A stretch of 64,000 bases of DNA from Pseudomonadota bacterium (lineage in GTDB: Bacteria; Pseudomonadota; Gammaproteobacteria; Thiohalomonadales; Thiohalomonadaceae), in NCBI GenBank assembly GCA_039714395.1, contig JBDLJH010000017.1, positions 9,006 through 73,005 on the forward strand. Direction: 5' to 3'. The translations under genes and the position numbers were made by a program. Below are positions 39,516 to 49,120 of the stretch, piece after piece (position 1 is the first letter of the stretch; each line of letters begins with the position of its first letter). Below the pieces are notes generated by a model. That model saw only the letters and a program-made list of their open reading frames with translations, searched no databases and was not told where the DNA came from.

Positions 39516-40202
39516 ATGGAACGTTACATCTTTTTGGGCGTATTACTTTTTTCACTTATCGCACTGGGGATCGGTATGTTGCTTCCGGGTAAGAGCGTTC
39601 AGGAGGCAGAACCCTATCTGCCGTGGCAGATAGAAAAGACAGCGAAGGGTTCGAGTCGCGTCTTCGGTCTGGAGCTGGGAACTAGCACTCTACTTGAGGC
39701 TCAGAATCGTTTTCGCGAGCTCTATGAGGTGAGCATGTTTGCCCGCGATGATGGCGACAAGGTGGTCGAGGTCTACTTTGACAGCATTACACTAAGTGGC
39801 CTGCGAGCGCGTGTGGTGCTGGTGATGGAGTTGACGCCGGAACAGCTTAATGGCTTCTATGAGCGTGGCGTGCGTATAGCCACACTGGGCAGTGGTGGCC
39901 GCAAGGTGACCCTGGATGATGTGGACTTATTGAGTCTTGCCTCTATGCCTATTGCAAGCCTCACTTACATCCCCAAGTCGCAGCTTAGTGCCGAACTGGT
40001 GCAGGCCCGCTTTGGCACTCCTGCCGAGCGTATTCGTGAAAAAGATAGTGAAAGCCTCGTTGAGCATTGGCTCTATCCAGACTACGGCCTGGATTTGATA
40101 CTTCATGAAAAGGGTAAGGAGGTGTTGCAGTACACACAGCCGGGGCGCTTTGATTCTCTGCGCAAACCCCTGATTGAACAGGGCGGGATTATCGTAAATT
40201 AA
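39516..40202 (+). CDS. hypothetical membrane-anchored protein
   Basis: 228-aa ORF with an N-terminal TM or signal-anchor 'MERYIFLGVLLFSLIALGIGMLL'. No family recognised. Confidence 0.5.
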   Translation: MERYIFLGVLLFSLIALGIGMLLPGKSVQEAEPYLPWQIEKTAKGSSRVFGLELGTSTLLEAQNRFRELYEVSMFARDDGDKVVEVYFDSITLSGLRARVVLVMELTPEQLNGFYERGVRIATLGSGGRKVTLDDVDLLSLASMPIASLTYIPKSQLSAELVQARFGTPAERIREKDSESLVEHWLYPDYGLDLILHEKGKEVLQYTQPGRFDSLRKPLIEQGGIIVN

Positions 40203-40240
40203 TCTCGACGGGCAATGGTGAGGAGGATAATGCGCAGGGC

Positions 40241-40447
40241 CTAGTCATCATCCGCATCAGGCCAGTTGCGACGGTCGACCTTCTTTTTATCCCCTCCCAT
40301 CATATCGTCATCTTCATCAAGCAGGATGCGATGGGCATCGCCCTCCAGGTCTTCATACTGTCCCCGTTTCACCGCCCAGATCAGGATACCAACCAGGATC
40401 AGGCCAATGAAGATCATGCTGGGGATGAGGCTGTAGATGACTTCCAC
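40241..40447 (-). CDS. ccoS: cbb3-type cytochrome oxidase assembly protein CcoS/FixS
   Basis: 68 aa. 'LIPSMIFIGLILVGILIWAVKRGQYEDLEGDAHRILLDEDD' is typical of CcoS. Confidence 0.85.
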   Translation of the reverse strand: MEVIYSLIPSMIFIGLILVGILIWAVKRGQYEDLEGDAHRILLDEDDDMMGGDKKKVDRRNWPDADDD

Positions 40448-40490
40448 TATTTATTACCGTAGCAGTTTGTAAAAGATGATTATAGAGGAT

Positions 40491-42956
40491 CTAGTCCCGG
40501 AACAGGGTACGGATTCGCGCGGCATTGCCGATGACCAGTAGTGAGCTGATTGGCATAGCGATAGCAGCGAATAGCGGGGTGATAAAGGCGGCCATCGCCA
40601 GCGGAACCATAATCACGTTATAGCTCAGTGAGAGCCCAATGTTCTGGCGGATAGTGCGAAGGGTGCGGCGGGACAGGAGCGTTGCCAGTCGCACTTTGTC
40701 GAGTTCATCCTGCATGAGCACTATATCGGCACTCTCCATTGAGACATCGGTGCCTGAGCCTACGGCGATGCCGATATTGGCACGGATCAGCGCCGGCGCA
40801 TCATTAACCCCATCCCCCACCATAGCGACCCATTCGCCTTTTGCCTGTAGATCGGCGATCACCTGATCCTTGTCCTGTGGCAGTACCTCGGCGATCACCT
40901 CCATGCCGCCGAGCTGTTCTGCCACGGCCTCTGCAACACGCCTGCGGTCACCACTGAGCAGGGTCATGCGGATGCCTGCCTTACGTAGCCCCGTAATCAG
41001 TTGCTGGGCGTCGGGGCGTAACTGATCGGCGATGGCGAGTAGTGCCAGGTGTCTGCCATCTACGGCCATATGGATGCAGCTGTTGGCCTTCTCCTCCAGC
41101 TGTTGGGCCTGTTCAGTTAGCCCCTGATTTATTTTTATCTCGTTCTGTTGCAACCAGGCGATGGTGCCGAGGGTGATACGCCTGCCCTCAATCATCGCCT
41201 TCACACCGTGACCGGGCAGACTTTTGAACTTTTCCGGTTTGCTGTTGCTGCAATTAAGTTGTTGCTGTTCGGCCGCTTTAACGATGGCCTGAGCGATACT
41301 GTGTTCTGAATAGCGTTCGACGATGGCGGCAAGGCGCAGTAGTTCGTCCTCATCCTCGCCATCGACTGAGACGACCTGCTGTAGTTGCATGCTGCCCGTG
41401 GTGAGGGTGCCGGTCTTATCGAAAACGAAGTGGCTGACACGGGAGAGGGTCTCCAGTACCTCGCCGTTCTTAACCAAAATGCCGTTGCGTGCGCCCTGTC
41501 CGGCGGCCACGGCAATGGCCATCGGGGTGGCGAGCCCGAAGGCGCAGGGGCAGGTAATGATGAGTACCGAGGTGGCGGCCATTAGTGCCAGCTCAAAGCC
41601 GCTGCCGACCCATATCAGGAATGTAACAGTGGCCAGTAGCAGGGTTGCCATCACAAACCATGGAACGATACGGTCGGCCATGCATTGTATCGGTGCCTTG
41701 GACGCCTGGGCCTCCTCTACCAGGGCGATGATACGGCCCAGAGAGGTATTACGCAGAGTACCGGTAACATGCAGAGTAAGGGCGCTGTACAGATTCACTG
41801 TGCCCGCAGAGACTTTGTCACCGGACTGTTTATGTACCGGTTCGGACTCGCCGCTGAGCATGCTCTCATCAATATTGCTCTGCCCTTCAACTACAATGCC
41901 GTCGACGGGCACCTTGTCACCCGCCCTCACCAGAACGGTATCGTCGGGCTTTATGCTGCGAATCGGTACGATCTTCTCACCCTCCTCAATCAGCAGGGTG
42001 GCAATACGTGGCTGCAGATCCATCAGGCGCTGACTTGCCGCAACCGCATGGCGCTTCGACATCGCCTCAAGAAAACGTCCGACCAGAATCACGAAGATAA
42101 AGTTAACCACCGTGTCAAAGTAGACCTCGCCGACCTCGCTGCCGCTAATAGTGACGTAGGTGGAGTAGAGATAAGTAGAGGTGGCACCGATGGCGATGGG
42201 GAGATCCATGGTGAGGTGACGATGGCGCAGCCCTGCCCATGCCCCTTTCAAAAAGATTGAGCCGGAGTAGAAAAGTGTGAGGCTGGCGAGGGCAAAACCG
42301 ATCCAGTGGAACATGGAGCGGAACTGGCCGCCATCGGCGGTATCGGCCCCGGTATAGAGAGCGATGGATATCCACATCAAATTCATCATCGCAAAGCCGG
42401 CCACCGCCATGCGGAACAGCAGGGCACGGTTCTGTCTCTTGATGGTGCCCTCTGCGGCCTCAGGATCGAATGGTACGGCAGCGTAGCCGATGTCGCTGAG
42501 GCGCTTAATGATGTCGGAGAGTTTTGTCTGTCGATTGTCCCAACGTAGCAGTAGCCGTTTATTGGCCAGATTGACCTGGGCGCGAATGATGCCTGGCATG
42601 GTTCCGAGTCCACGCTCGATAAGCCAGACACAGGCTGCGCAGTGGATGCCCTCTACTAGCAGGTGTATCTCCCGCTCCTCACCGAGTTCACGCACGAACT
42701 CCTCCTGCACCTCATCGAGGTCAAACAGGGCGATATCGCGTGGCGGTTCAGGTGGTGGGGCGAGTAGAGTACCGTCGGGGGTGCGTTGGTAGAAGCCGTC
42801 AAGGCCGGCGTCGTAGATAGCCTTACAGACTGACTGACAGCCGAAGCAGCAGAAGTGACGATCCTTGCCCTCTATCTGCTCAACGAATTGCTCTGTGGGT
42901 GGTAGTGGTAAGCCACAGTGGAAGCAGCTTGCCTCTGTGGCCGGTTGATCACTCAT
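40491..42956 (-). CDS. ccoI: copper-translocating P1B-type ATPase CcoI/FixI
   Basis: ORF 40491-43022 trimmed to the ATG at 42956. N-terminal 'CFHCGLPLP'. HMA-like 'CAACVWLIE'. 'CPC' TM motif, 'DKTGTLT', 'GDGVNDAP'. Confidence 0.9.
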   Translation of the reverse strand: MSDQPATEASCFHCGLPLPPTEQFVEQIEGKDRHFCCFGCQSVCKAIYDAGLDGFYQRTPDGTLLAPPPEPPRDIALFDLDEVQEEFVRELGEEREIHLLVEGIHCAACVWLIERGLGTMPGIIRAQVNLANKRLLLRWDNRQTKLSDIIKRLSDIGYAAVPFDPEAAEGTIKRQNRALLFRMAVAGFAMMNLMWISIALYTGADTADGGQFRSMFHWIGFALASLTLFYSGSIFLKGAWAGLRHRHLTMDLPIAIGATSTYLYSTYVTISGSEVGEVYFDTVVNFIFVILVGRFLEAMSKRHAVAASQRLMDLQPRIATLLIEEGEKIVPIRSIKPDDTVLVRAGDKVPVDGIVVEGQSNIDESMLSGESEPVHKQSGDKVSAGTVNLYSALTLHVTGTLRNTSLGRIIALVEEAQASKAPIQCMADRIVPWFVMATLLLATVTFLIWVGSGFELALMAATSVLIITCPCAFGLATPMAIAVAAGQGARNGILVKNGEVLETLSRVSHFVFDKTGTLTTGSMQLQQVVSVDGEDEDELLRLAAIVERYSEHSIAQAIVKAAEQQQLNCSNSKPEKFKSLPGHGVKAMIEGRRITLGTIAWLQQNEIKINQGLTEQAQQLEEKANSCIHMAVDGRHLALLAIADQLRPDAQQLITGLRKAGIRMTLLSGDRRRVAEAVAEQLGGMEVIAEVLPQDKDQVIADLQAKGEWVAMVGDGVNDAPALIRANIGIAVGSGTDVSMESADIVLMQDELDKVRLATLLSRRTLRTIRQNIGLSLSYNVIMVPLAMAAFITPLFAAIAMPISSLLVIGNAARIRTLFRD

Positions 42957-42972
42957 GTTGGATAAGACAGGC

Positions 42973-43512
42973 TTAGTTTGCCACCACGGTGACGCGACGT
43001 GTGGATTCCAGAGTCTCATCACCCTGAGTCACGGAGATATTGATGTCCCAGATCCCCTTGAGTGGCAGCTGCAGTTTGTTCTGGAAGACACCATCAGCAA
43101 TGGAGGATAACTCGGCATAAAAATCGGCAGAGGCATCTGAGGGGCGGTAGGCGTGCAAGGTGACTTTGGCATCCTTGAGTGGATTACCGACGCGGTCAAC
43201 GATGCTCACGCTGTAGTTAGTAGGGGTGTTCAGAGTGATAGTTTCAGCGGTTTGCAGTGATATATTCCAGCCAAGGCGGTTACGTGTCTCCATCTTCTTC
43301 TGGTAATTCGCATCGTGGTAACGGCCCTTCTCATAGTAATTCTCATCGACTAAACCAGGGTTTGTTTTTATTGCGGTTACGATAAAGGCGACATTAACGG
43401 AAAGTACGGTGAGGACAAACGCGACCCCTCCCCATACCCAGGGGTTGTTTTTAGCGTCTTTGCTATCTTGAGACAGAAAACTCCCAACCATAAATCCATT
43501 CAAAAAACTCAT
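42973..43512 (-). CDS. ccoH: FixH/CcoH family protein
   Basis: 179 aa with a single N-terminal TM ('NPWVWGGVAFVLTVLSVNVAFIVTAI'). Positioned between ccoG and ccoI. Confidence 0.8.
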   Translation of the reverse strand: MSFLNGFMVGSFLSQDSKDAKNNPWVWGGVAFVLTVLSVNVAFIVTAIKTNPGLVDENYYEKGRYHDANYQKKMETRNRLGWNISLQTAETITLNTPTNYSVSIVDRVGNPLKDAKVTLHAYRPSDASADFYAELSSIADGVFQNKLQLPLKGIWDINISVTQGDETLESTRRVTVVAN

Positions 43513-43555
43513 ATTGCTACCTCAACTTATGCTGCTATTGCTTTGTTTGCCCATG

Positions 43556-44974
43556 TTAACGTTTCGGCCCGAAGAAGGCGCTGTTGTAGATTGCTGAATC
43601 TTCAGGGTTGTTACTGTTCTGCACCGTGAAGGTGAGCGGCACACGGCTATCAGTAAGGTTCTCGTTGGGTACCTTAACAAACATAATGCGAGAAGTAAGC
43701 CTGCCCGGTTTGAGACTGATGGGCTTATCGGCATTGACCAGTATCAGTCCCTTCGGCCCTGTTGCACTAACAGTGACCTCTACCTTGCCATCGAGTTTGT
43801 TGAGAATCTTCAGATCAAATTTATTCTGAATGGTACCGTCGCTCATCTGTATGAACAGCGGTGAGCGAGAGTGGATTACCTTAAGCTCCAATGAACCGAG
43901 GTGGGTCAGCCCATAAAAGATACCAGTGACCGCGAGGACAAGAATGGTGAGATAAACCAGGATACGCGGGCGCTTCAACAGTGGGATGTGTGGTACTCCC
44001 TCGAGTGCATCCAGGGAGGAGTAGCGTATCAGGCTGACCGGTTTGTTGATTTTTTCCATCACCGAATCACAGGCATCGAGGCAGAGACCACAGGTGATAC
44101 AGCCCTCCTGCTGGCCTTCGCGAATATCGATACCGGTAGGGCAGACGGCGATGCACTGGTTGCACTCAATACAGTCACCCTTGCCCTGTTGCGTTTCTCC
44201 TTTCTTCAGGCGGCCACGAGGCTCACCACGATTGTAGTCGTAAGCCGGAACGATGCTCTCGGCATCTATCATCACCCCCTGAATGCGGGCGTAGGGGCAG
44301 AGCCAGAAGCAGACCTGCTCACGCATCAGCCCTGCGAAGAGGTAGGTAAAGGAGGCGAAAGTGGCAATGGCTGCCCAGGCAACGATATCAACGTTTAGAT
44401 GGGCGTAGGCCTGCCACATTTCAAAGGCGTCGGCGAACCAGAGAGTAAAACTAATACCGGTGAAGATACCAATAGCGATCCAGATAAGGTGTTTGATTCC
44501 CTTGATAGCGATCTTCCGGCCACCCCATGGGCTTTGCTCTAATTTGCGTCGCTGTGCCGGGTTGCCTTCCAGCTTCTCTTCGATAAGGGTAAAGATGTCG
44601 GTCCATACGGTCTGGAAGCAGAAATAGCCGCAGAATACCCGACCAGCAACGGCGGTGACTGCAAATAGCAGGATGGCGAAAAACAGTAGTACCAGCGATA
44701 GCATCCACACATCCTGTGGCAGGATGGTGATGTCGAAAAATTGGAATTTGCGGTTCGGGATATCAAAGATAATCGCCTGCCGATCTCCCCAGCGCAGATA
44801 GGGGCCGAGGAAGAAAACTAGCCAGGTCGAGGCGGCGAGCCATTTGATATTACGGAACGTGCCGGGCATGCGTTTGGCATGAATCGTCTCGTCACCGGTA
44901 TTGATATGCCAGTGGCCAATATCTTCATAAAGCTCTTCAGCAGGTTGCTGAGTGCTTTCAGCGTTATTGCTCAC
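43556..44974 (-). CDS. ccoG: cytochrome c oxidase accessory protein CcoG/FixG (4Fe-4S ferredoxin-type)
   Basis: ORF 43556-45013. The GTG at 44974 is preceded by 'aggag'. Two ferredoxin motifs 'CIECNQCIAVCP' and 'CITCGLCLDAC' are present. Confidence 0.9.
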   Translation of the reverse strand: MSNNAESTQQPAEELYEDIGHWHINTGDETIHAKRMPGTFRNIKWLAASTWLVFFLGPYLRWGDRQAIIFDIPNRKFQFFDITILPQDVWMLSLVLLFFAILLFAVTAVAGRVFCGYFCFQTVWTDIFTLIEEKLEGNPAQRRKLEQSPWGGRKIAIKGIKHLIWIAIGIFTGISFTLWFADAFEMWQAYAHLNVDIVAWAAIATFASFTYLFAGLMREQVCFWLCPYARIQGVMIDAESIVPAYDYNRGEPRGRLKKGETQQGKGDCIECNQCIAVCPTGIDIREGQQEGCITCGLCLDACDSVMEKINKPVSLIRYSSLDALEGVPHIPLLKRPRILVYLTILVLAVTGIFYGLTHLGSLELKVIHSRSPLFIQMSDGTIQNKFDLKILNKLDGKVEVTVSATGPKGLILVNADKPISLKPGRLTSRIMFVKVPNENLTDSRVPLTFTVQNSNNPEDSAIYNSAFFGPKR

Positions 44975-45134
44975 ATTGATCTCCTGATACAAGTGCTTAC
45001 GAATTATTAACAAGAAAATTGGTGAAAAAACCTGACAGGCGTTTTCAGCAATTCACTGAGCCGAGATTTCCTTATCGGTATTACTGGGAACTAGAGGTGT
45101 AACAGATGATGTATATTAGCACATCCTAATGAAT

Positions 45135-45164
45135 AAAAAGGGGAGAAATTAATTCCTCCCCCTT
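45135..45164 (-). terminator. rho-independent terminator (minus strand) after the small ORF
   Basis: On the minus strand: GGGGAG-gaattaattt-CTCCCC followed by TTTTT. It lies 37 nt downstream of the 45201 stop. Confidence 0.7.
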
Positions 45165-45200
45165 TAGTCATTTCTCCGACGAGAATGCCGGTGTAATTGT

Positions 45201-45314
45201 TCAGTCTTCTGAGTGAGTAGTTTTAATTAACTTAATCACACGGAGAACAAGTACAACAGTAATCACGATGGCTCCTACAACGGATAAAATTGAAGCAATT
45301 ACTACTGAGTCCAT
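45201..45314 (-). CDS. unannotated 37-aa single-TM peptide between ccoP and ccoG (candidate small cbb3 oxidase subunit)
   Basis: Hand-translated as MDSVVIASILSVVGAIVITVVLVLRVIKLIKTTHSED*. SD 'agaggg' lies 7 nt before the ATG. It has its own downstream terminator. It falls below the 60-aa cutoff of the ORF track. Confidence 0.5.
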   Translation of the reverse strand: MDSVVIASILSVVGAIVITVVLVLRVIKLIKTTHSED

Positions 45315-45333
45315 AGTTTTTCCCTCTTAGTGG

Positions 45334-45360
45334 TGGGTCGACTACGGTGTAGTCGACCCA
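45334..45360 (-). other. 11-bp perfect stem-loop just downstream of ccoP
   Basis: TGGGTCGACTA-CGGTG-TAGTCGACCCA, 27 nt after the ccoP stop. No T-tract, so it may be an mRNA-stabilising or processing hairpin. Confidence 0.5.
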
Positions 45361-45387
45361 AACAGGTTGATGACTCAACAATTGAGC

Positions 45388-46227
45388 TTACTGACCACCG
45401 CCCAGCTTGTGGACGTATACGGCAAGCTTCTTGATCTCGGTGTCGCTGAGTTTACCGCCACCGAACTTTGGCATAACCGCGTTACGGGTCTGTGCGTCTG
45501 AGGGGAAGTTAATACCATGGATGATGGTGTGCTTCACGCTCTCACGCTGATCCGCCGCGGCAAAGCGCCAGATTTTGTCGGTAAGATTGGCGGCTCCCAG
45601 TGCCTGCATGCCCTTGCCGTCGGCACCGTGGCATGCAAAGCAGCCCTTAGCGCTAAACAGTGGCTCACTACCAGGATTACCCGCAATAATGGCATCGGCA
45701 AGCTTGTTCAGCTCATCATCAGACATGGTGTGTGCCGGCATGTTGCCGTTACGACCAGCGATGATGCTCTGCTCGATGGCCTGAATGCTGCCGCCGAAGA
45801 GCCAGTCGTTGTCAGCTAGTACAGGGTAGCCCTGATTGCCGGCACCTTCTGTTCCGTGACAGGCAGCACAGTTGTCACCAAATAGTACCTTGGCTGAACG
45901 CTGAACGTAGGTAGACAGTTCTTCGTCACCAAGGATGGCAGCGGCAGACATGCCAGGTAGCTTGTCCTCGTATACAGAACGCTTGGCTTCAATGCTCTTC
46001 AGGTCTTCCTTGTACTCCTTGATGGCAGTCCAGCCGGCGACACCCTTGGTGTGGCTGTCGACCAGCGGGATAGCCGGGTACCAGATGATATAGAAGACTA
46101 CTATGGCCAAACTGGCGTAGAAACCGATCATCCACCACTTTGGCGGTTGGTTGGTTAGCTCGCGAAGGGTTTCGTCCCACACGTGTCCGGTATCCGGAGC
46201 ATCATACGGATTGCTTTTGTCACTCAT
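45388..46227 (-). CDS. ccoP: cbb3-type cytochrome c oxidase subunit III (diheme CcoP)
   Basis: 279 aa. N-terminal TM. Two heme c motifs 'CAACHG' and 'CFACHG'. Confidence 0.95.
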   Translation of the reverse strand: MSDKSNPYDAPDTGHVWDETLRELTNQPPKWWMIGFYASLAIVVFYIIWYPAIPLVDSHTKGVAGWTAIKEYKEDLKSIEAKRSVYEDKLPGMSAAAILGDEELSTYVQRSAKVLFGDNCAACHGTEGAGNQGYPVLADNDWLFGGSIQAIEQSIIAGRNGNMPAHTMSDDELNKLADAIIAGNPGSEPLFSAKGCFACHGADGKGMQALGAANLTDKIWRFAAADQRESVKHTIIHGINFPSDAQTRNAVMPKFGGGKLSDTEIKKLAVYVHKLGGGQ

Positions 46228-46436
46228 TTTCTGTTCTCCGTTTCGATCATATCGTCGTCATCCGCAAAGGGTAGATGACGCTGCGACTCGAGTTTCTCTT
46301 TGTTCTTAGGATGGAATGCAAACACATAAGCCCAGACCATCAGGCAGAAAATGCCGATGGTGACTAAGGTGCCAATCCAGTCGGACAGCGTCATCGCTGC
46401 CCAATCGGTCTGGAAGTATTCCAGCAGGCTACCCAT
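46224..46436 (-). CDS. ccoQ: cbb3-type cytochrome oxidase subunit IV (CcoQ)
   Basis: 70 aa, single TM. Overlaps ccoO and ccoP at its start and stop. Position and sequence are typical. Confidence 0.8.
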   Translation of the reverse strand: MGSLLEYFQTDWAAMTLSDWIGTLVTIGIFCLMVWAYVFAFHPKNKEKLESQRHLPFADDDDMIETENRK

Positions 46437-47143
46437 TAGTTGCGGTAATCCTTGTCTTCGAATTTAACCATGGTGCCCATAACTTGCAGGTAGGCAACGA
46501 CAGCATCCAGTTCAGAAGTGCCGTTCACGCTGCTAGCTGTAGCAAAATCTTCCTCGATGTAAGGAACACCGACGATTTTCATGGCGCGCATTGTCTTAGC
46601 TATGTGGCTACCGTCAACGGTGGCATTCTCAAGCCACGGGTAGTTGGGCATGACCGACTCAGGTACCACTGAACGCGGGGCGATCATGTGGCGCTTGTGC
46701 CAGTCATCAGAGTACTTGCCGCCAACACGAGCCAGATCCGGACCGGTACGCTTGGAACCCCACTGGAAGGGGTGGTCGTACATCGACTCAGAGGCCAGGC
46801 TGTAGTGACCATAGCGCTCTTTCTCATCACGGAAGGGGCGAATCATCTGTGAGTGACAGAGGTAGCAGCCCTCACGGATGTAAATCTCACGACCTGCCAG
46901 CTCTAGAGCAGTGTAGGGACGGACGCCGTCGCCGGCTTTCCAGTCGGCCAGGGTCTGGCCGGCCTGACGCTCCCATACGATCTCAGGGTGCTGGTTGTGC
47001 TCCATGGTCTCGTCGAGATAGAACAGTGGGATGATTTCCACTGCGCCCGGGATAGCCACCAGGATGGCAAGCAGGAAAATCATCAGAAAGACGTTACGCT
47101 CTGTCTTGTCCTGCAACTTGGTTGAATGAATTTGATCAGACAT
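46436..47143 (-). CDS. ccoO: cbb3-type cytochrome c oxidase subunit II (monoheme CcoO)
   Basis: 235 aa. '[12 protein letters not shown]' heme c motif. N-terminal TM. Confidence 0.95.
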   Translation of the reverse strand: MSDQIHSTKLQDKTERNVFLMIFLLAILVAIPGAVEIIPLFYLDETMEHNQHPEIVWERQAGQTLADWKAGDGVRPYTALELAGREIYIREGCYLCHSQMIRPFRDEKERYGHYSLASESMYDHPFQWGSKRTGPDLARVGGKYSDDWHKRHMIAPRSVVPESVMPNYPWLENATVDGSHIAKTMRAMKIVGVPYIEEDFATASSVNGTSELDAVVAYLQVMGTMVKFEDKDYRN

Positions 47144-47166
47144 TATTCTTAATCCTCCTTATCGGC

Positions 47167-48585
47167 TTAGGCAGCAGCGGTAGCAGAGCTACGCTGACTG
47201 GAAGCCTGACGGATGGTCATTACCACGTTGAACAGCATGATTGCACCGCCCAACCAGTAGATCATGCCGCCGATGGCACGCATGGCGTAGTACGGATACA
47301 TCGCGGAGACGGACTCGGCAAAGGTGTAGGTCAGGGTGCCGAACTCATCGTAGTCACGCCACATCAGTCCCTGCATGATGCCGGAGACCCACATTGCAGT
47401 GATGTAAACCACAGTACCGATGGTCGCGAGCCAGAAGTGGGTATTAACCAGGCTGGCAGAGTACATCTTGGTATCCCATAGTTTTTCAACCATGTGATAG
47501 ATGGCACCAGCGGCAACCATGGCAACCCAGCCCAGAGCACCGGCGTGTACGTGACCAACAGTCCAGTCGGTGTAGTGAGAGAGGGCGTTAACGGTCTTGG
47601 CTGACATGACCGGACCTTCGAAGGTGGACATGGCGTAGAAGGCCAGAGACATAATCATAAAGCGCAGGATGTAGTCGTTACGCAGCTTATCCCAAGCACC
47701 GGAGAGGGTCATCATACCGTTGATAGCACCACCCCATGAAGGAATGATCATCGCCAGGGATACCGCGGCACCAAGTGAACCGGTCCAGTCTGGTAGTGCG
47801 GTGTACTGCAGGTGGTGAGCACCCAGCCATACATAACCGAACATCAGGGCCCAGAAGTGGATAACCGACAGACGGTAGGAGAAGATCGGGCGGTTGGCCT
47901 GCTTCGGTACGAAGTAGTACATGATGCCCAGGAAGCCGGCAGTCAGGTAGAAACCAACGGCGTTATGACCCCACCACCACTGAATCATCGCGTCCTGTAC
48001 ACCAGAGAAGATGGAGTAGGACTTGAACAGGGTGACCGGGATGGCCATGGAATTAACCACGTGCAGGTAGGTGATCATCACCATCATGCCCAGGAAGAAC
48101 CAGTTGGAGACGTAGATGTGGCTGGTCTTGCGGTTGGCTATGGTCATCACGAAGTTCACAGTGTAGGCAACCCACACCAGCGCGATGGCGATATCGATAG
48201 GCCATTCCAGCTCGGCGTACTCCTTACCAGAGGTCAGACCCAGCGGCAGGGTGATAACCGCAGAGACGATGATCAGGTTCCAGCCCCAGAAGGTGAACCA
48301 TGCCAGCTTGTCGCTCCACAGGCGCACACCGCAGGTGCGCTGCACTGAGTAGAAGGCCGTGGCCATCAATGCACAGCCACCAAAGGCGAAGATGACCGCG
48401 TTGGTGTGCAGCGGACGCAGACGACCGAAGGTGAGTTCGGCAATGTCAAAGTTGAGGAATGGCCAGGCCAGTTCCGAAGCAATGTAGACACCCACCAGGG
48501 TGCCTACGACCAGATAAACGACGGCCATAACGGTGAACCACCGTACGACGTCGAAGCTATATTTTTCTACTTGTGTCGTTGCCAC
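47167..48585 (-). CDS. ccoN: cbb3-type cytochrome c oxidase subunit I (CcoN)
   Basis: 472 aa, GTG start with SD 'aggaga'. 12-TM heme-copper oxidase core with 'WWGHNAVGF' and '[17 protein letters not shown]'. Confidence 0.95.
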   Translation of the reverse strand: MATTQVEKYSFDVVRWFTVMAVVYLVVGTLVGVYIASELAWPFLNFDIAELTFGRLRPLHTNAVIFAFGGCALMATAFYSVQRTCGVRLWSDKLAWFTFWGWNLIIVSAVITLPLGLTSGKEYAELEWPIDIAIALVWVAYTVNFVMTIANRKTSHIYVSNWFFLGMMVMITYLHVVNSMAIPVTLFKSYSIFSGVQDAMIQWWWGHNAVGFYLTAGFLGIMYYFVPKQANRPIFSYRLSVIHFWALMFGYVWLGAHHLQYTALPDWTGSLGAAVSLAMIIPSWGGAINGMMTLSGAWDKLRNDYILRFMIMSLAFYAMSTFEGPVMSAKTVNALSHYTDWTVGHVHAGALGWVAMVAAGAIYHMVEKLWDTKMYSASLVNTHFWLATIGTVVYITAMWVSGIMQGLMWRDYDEFGTLTYTFAESVSAMYPYYAMRAIGGMIYWLGGAIMLFNVVMTIRQASSQRSSATAAA

Positions 48586-49036
48586 GAGTAGTCTCCTGTT
48601 GTTATTGCGAAATAGTTATTCCCCAAGGGGGGTGTCTACGTCCACTACCACGGGAGCAACACCATTATTGAGTATGAGGAACAAATCCCAGATGAACCGA
48701 TAGTGCTCAGAGGTCTCTCTGGGTTTATGCCCTCACCATCTGAATGATGAAACCAAACCCGATTTATTACACACACAAGGTGCGCGGATACTGCTAAAAA
48801 TTAAATTTGCCATGAAAAAGAGAAGATTTGACTAGATACGCGACGAGCGTATAGCCATTTTTCGATGGAGAGCCGAGGTGAGTGTCAGTTTATTTCTAAA
48901 CCAGATTATAGGAATAGCTCATAACCTGATAAAAATAATGAAGTATTTTTACTGACAGCACCAGCCCGTATCGTCGAAAACCCCCAAGTTTTTACGTAGG
49001 CCCGGGCATGTTAGACGAAAAGAGGTCGCGAATACA

Positions 49037-49050
49037 TTGATATTTGTCAA
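49037..49050. promoter_or_regulatory. FNR/Anr-type binding site (TTGAT-N4-GTCAA)
   Basis: TTGATATTTGTCAA matches 9 of 10 positions of the TTGAT-N4-ATCAA consensus. It lies in the ccoN upstream region, about 450 nt from the ccoN start and about 70 nt downstream of the fnr stop. Confidence 0.45.
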
Positions 49051-49120
49051 TTAACGGGTCATTTGACGCAGAAATTGAGGAGTTTGAGCAGCGCAAAGAG
49101 CGCTCTACCTTATATAGGTA

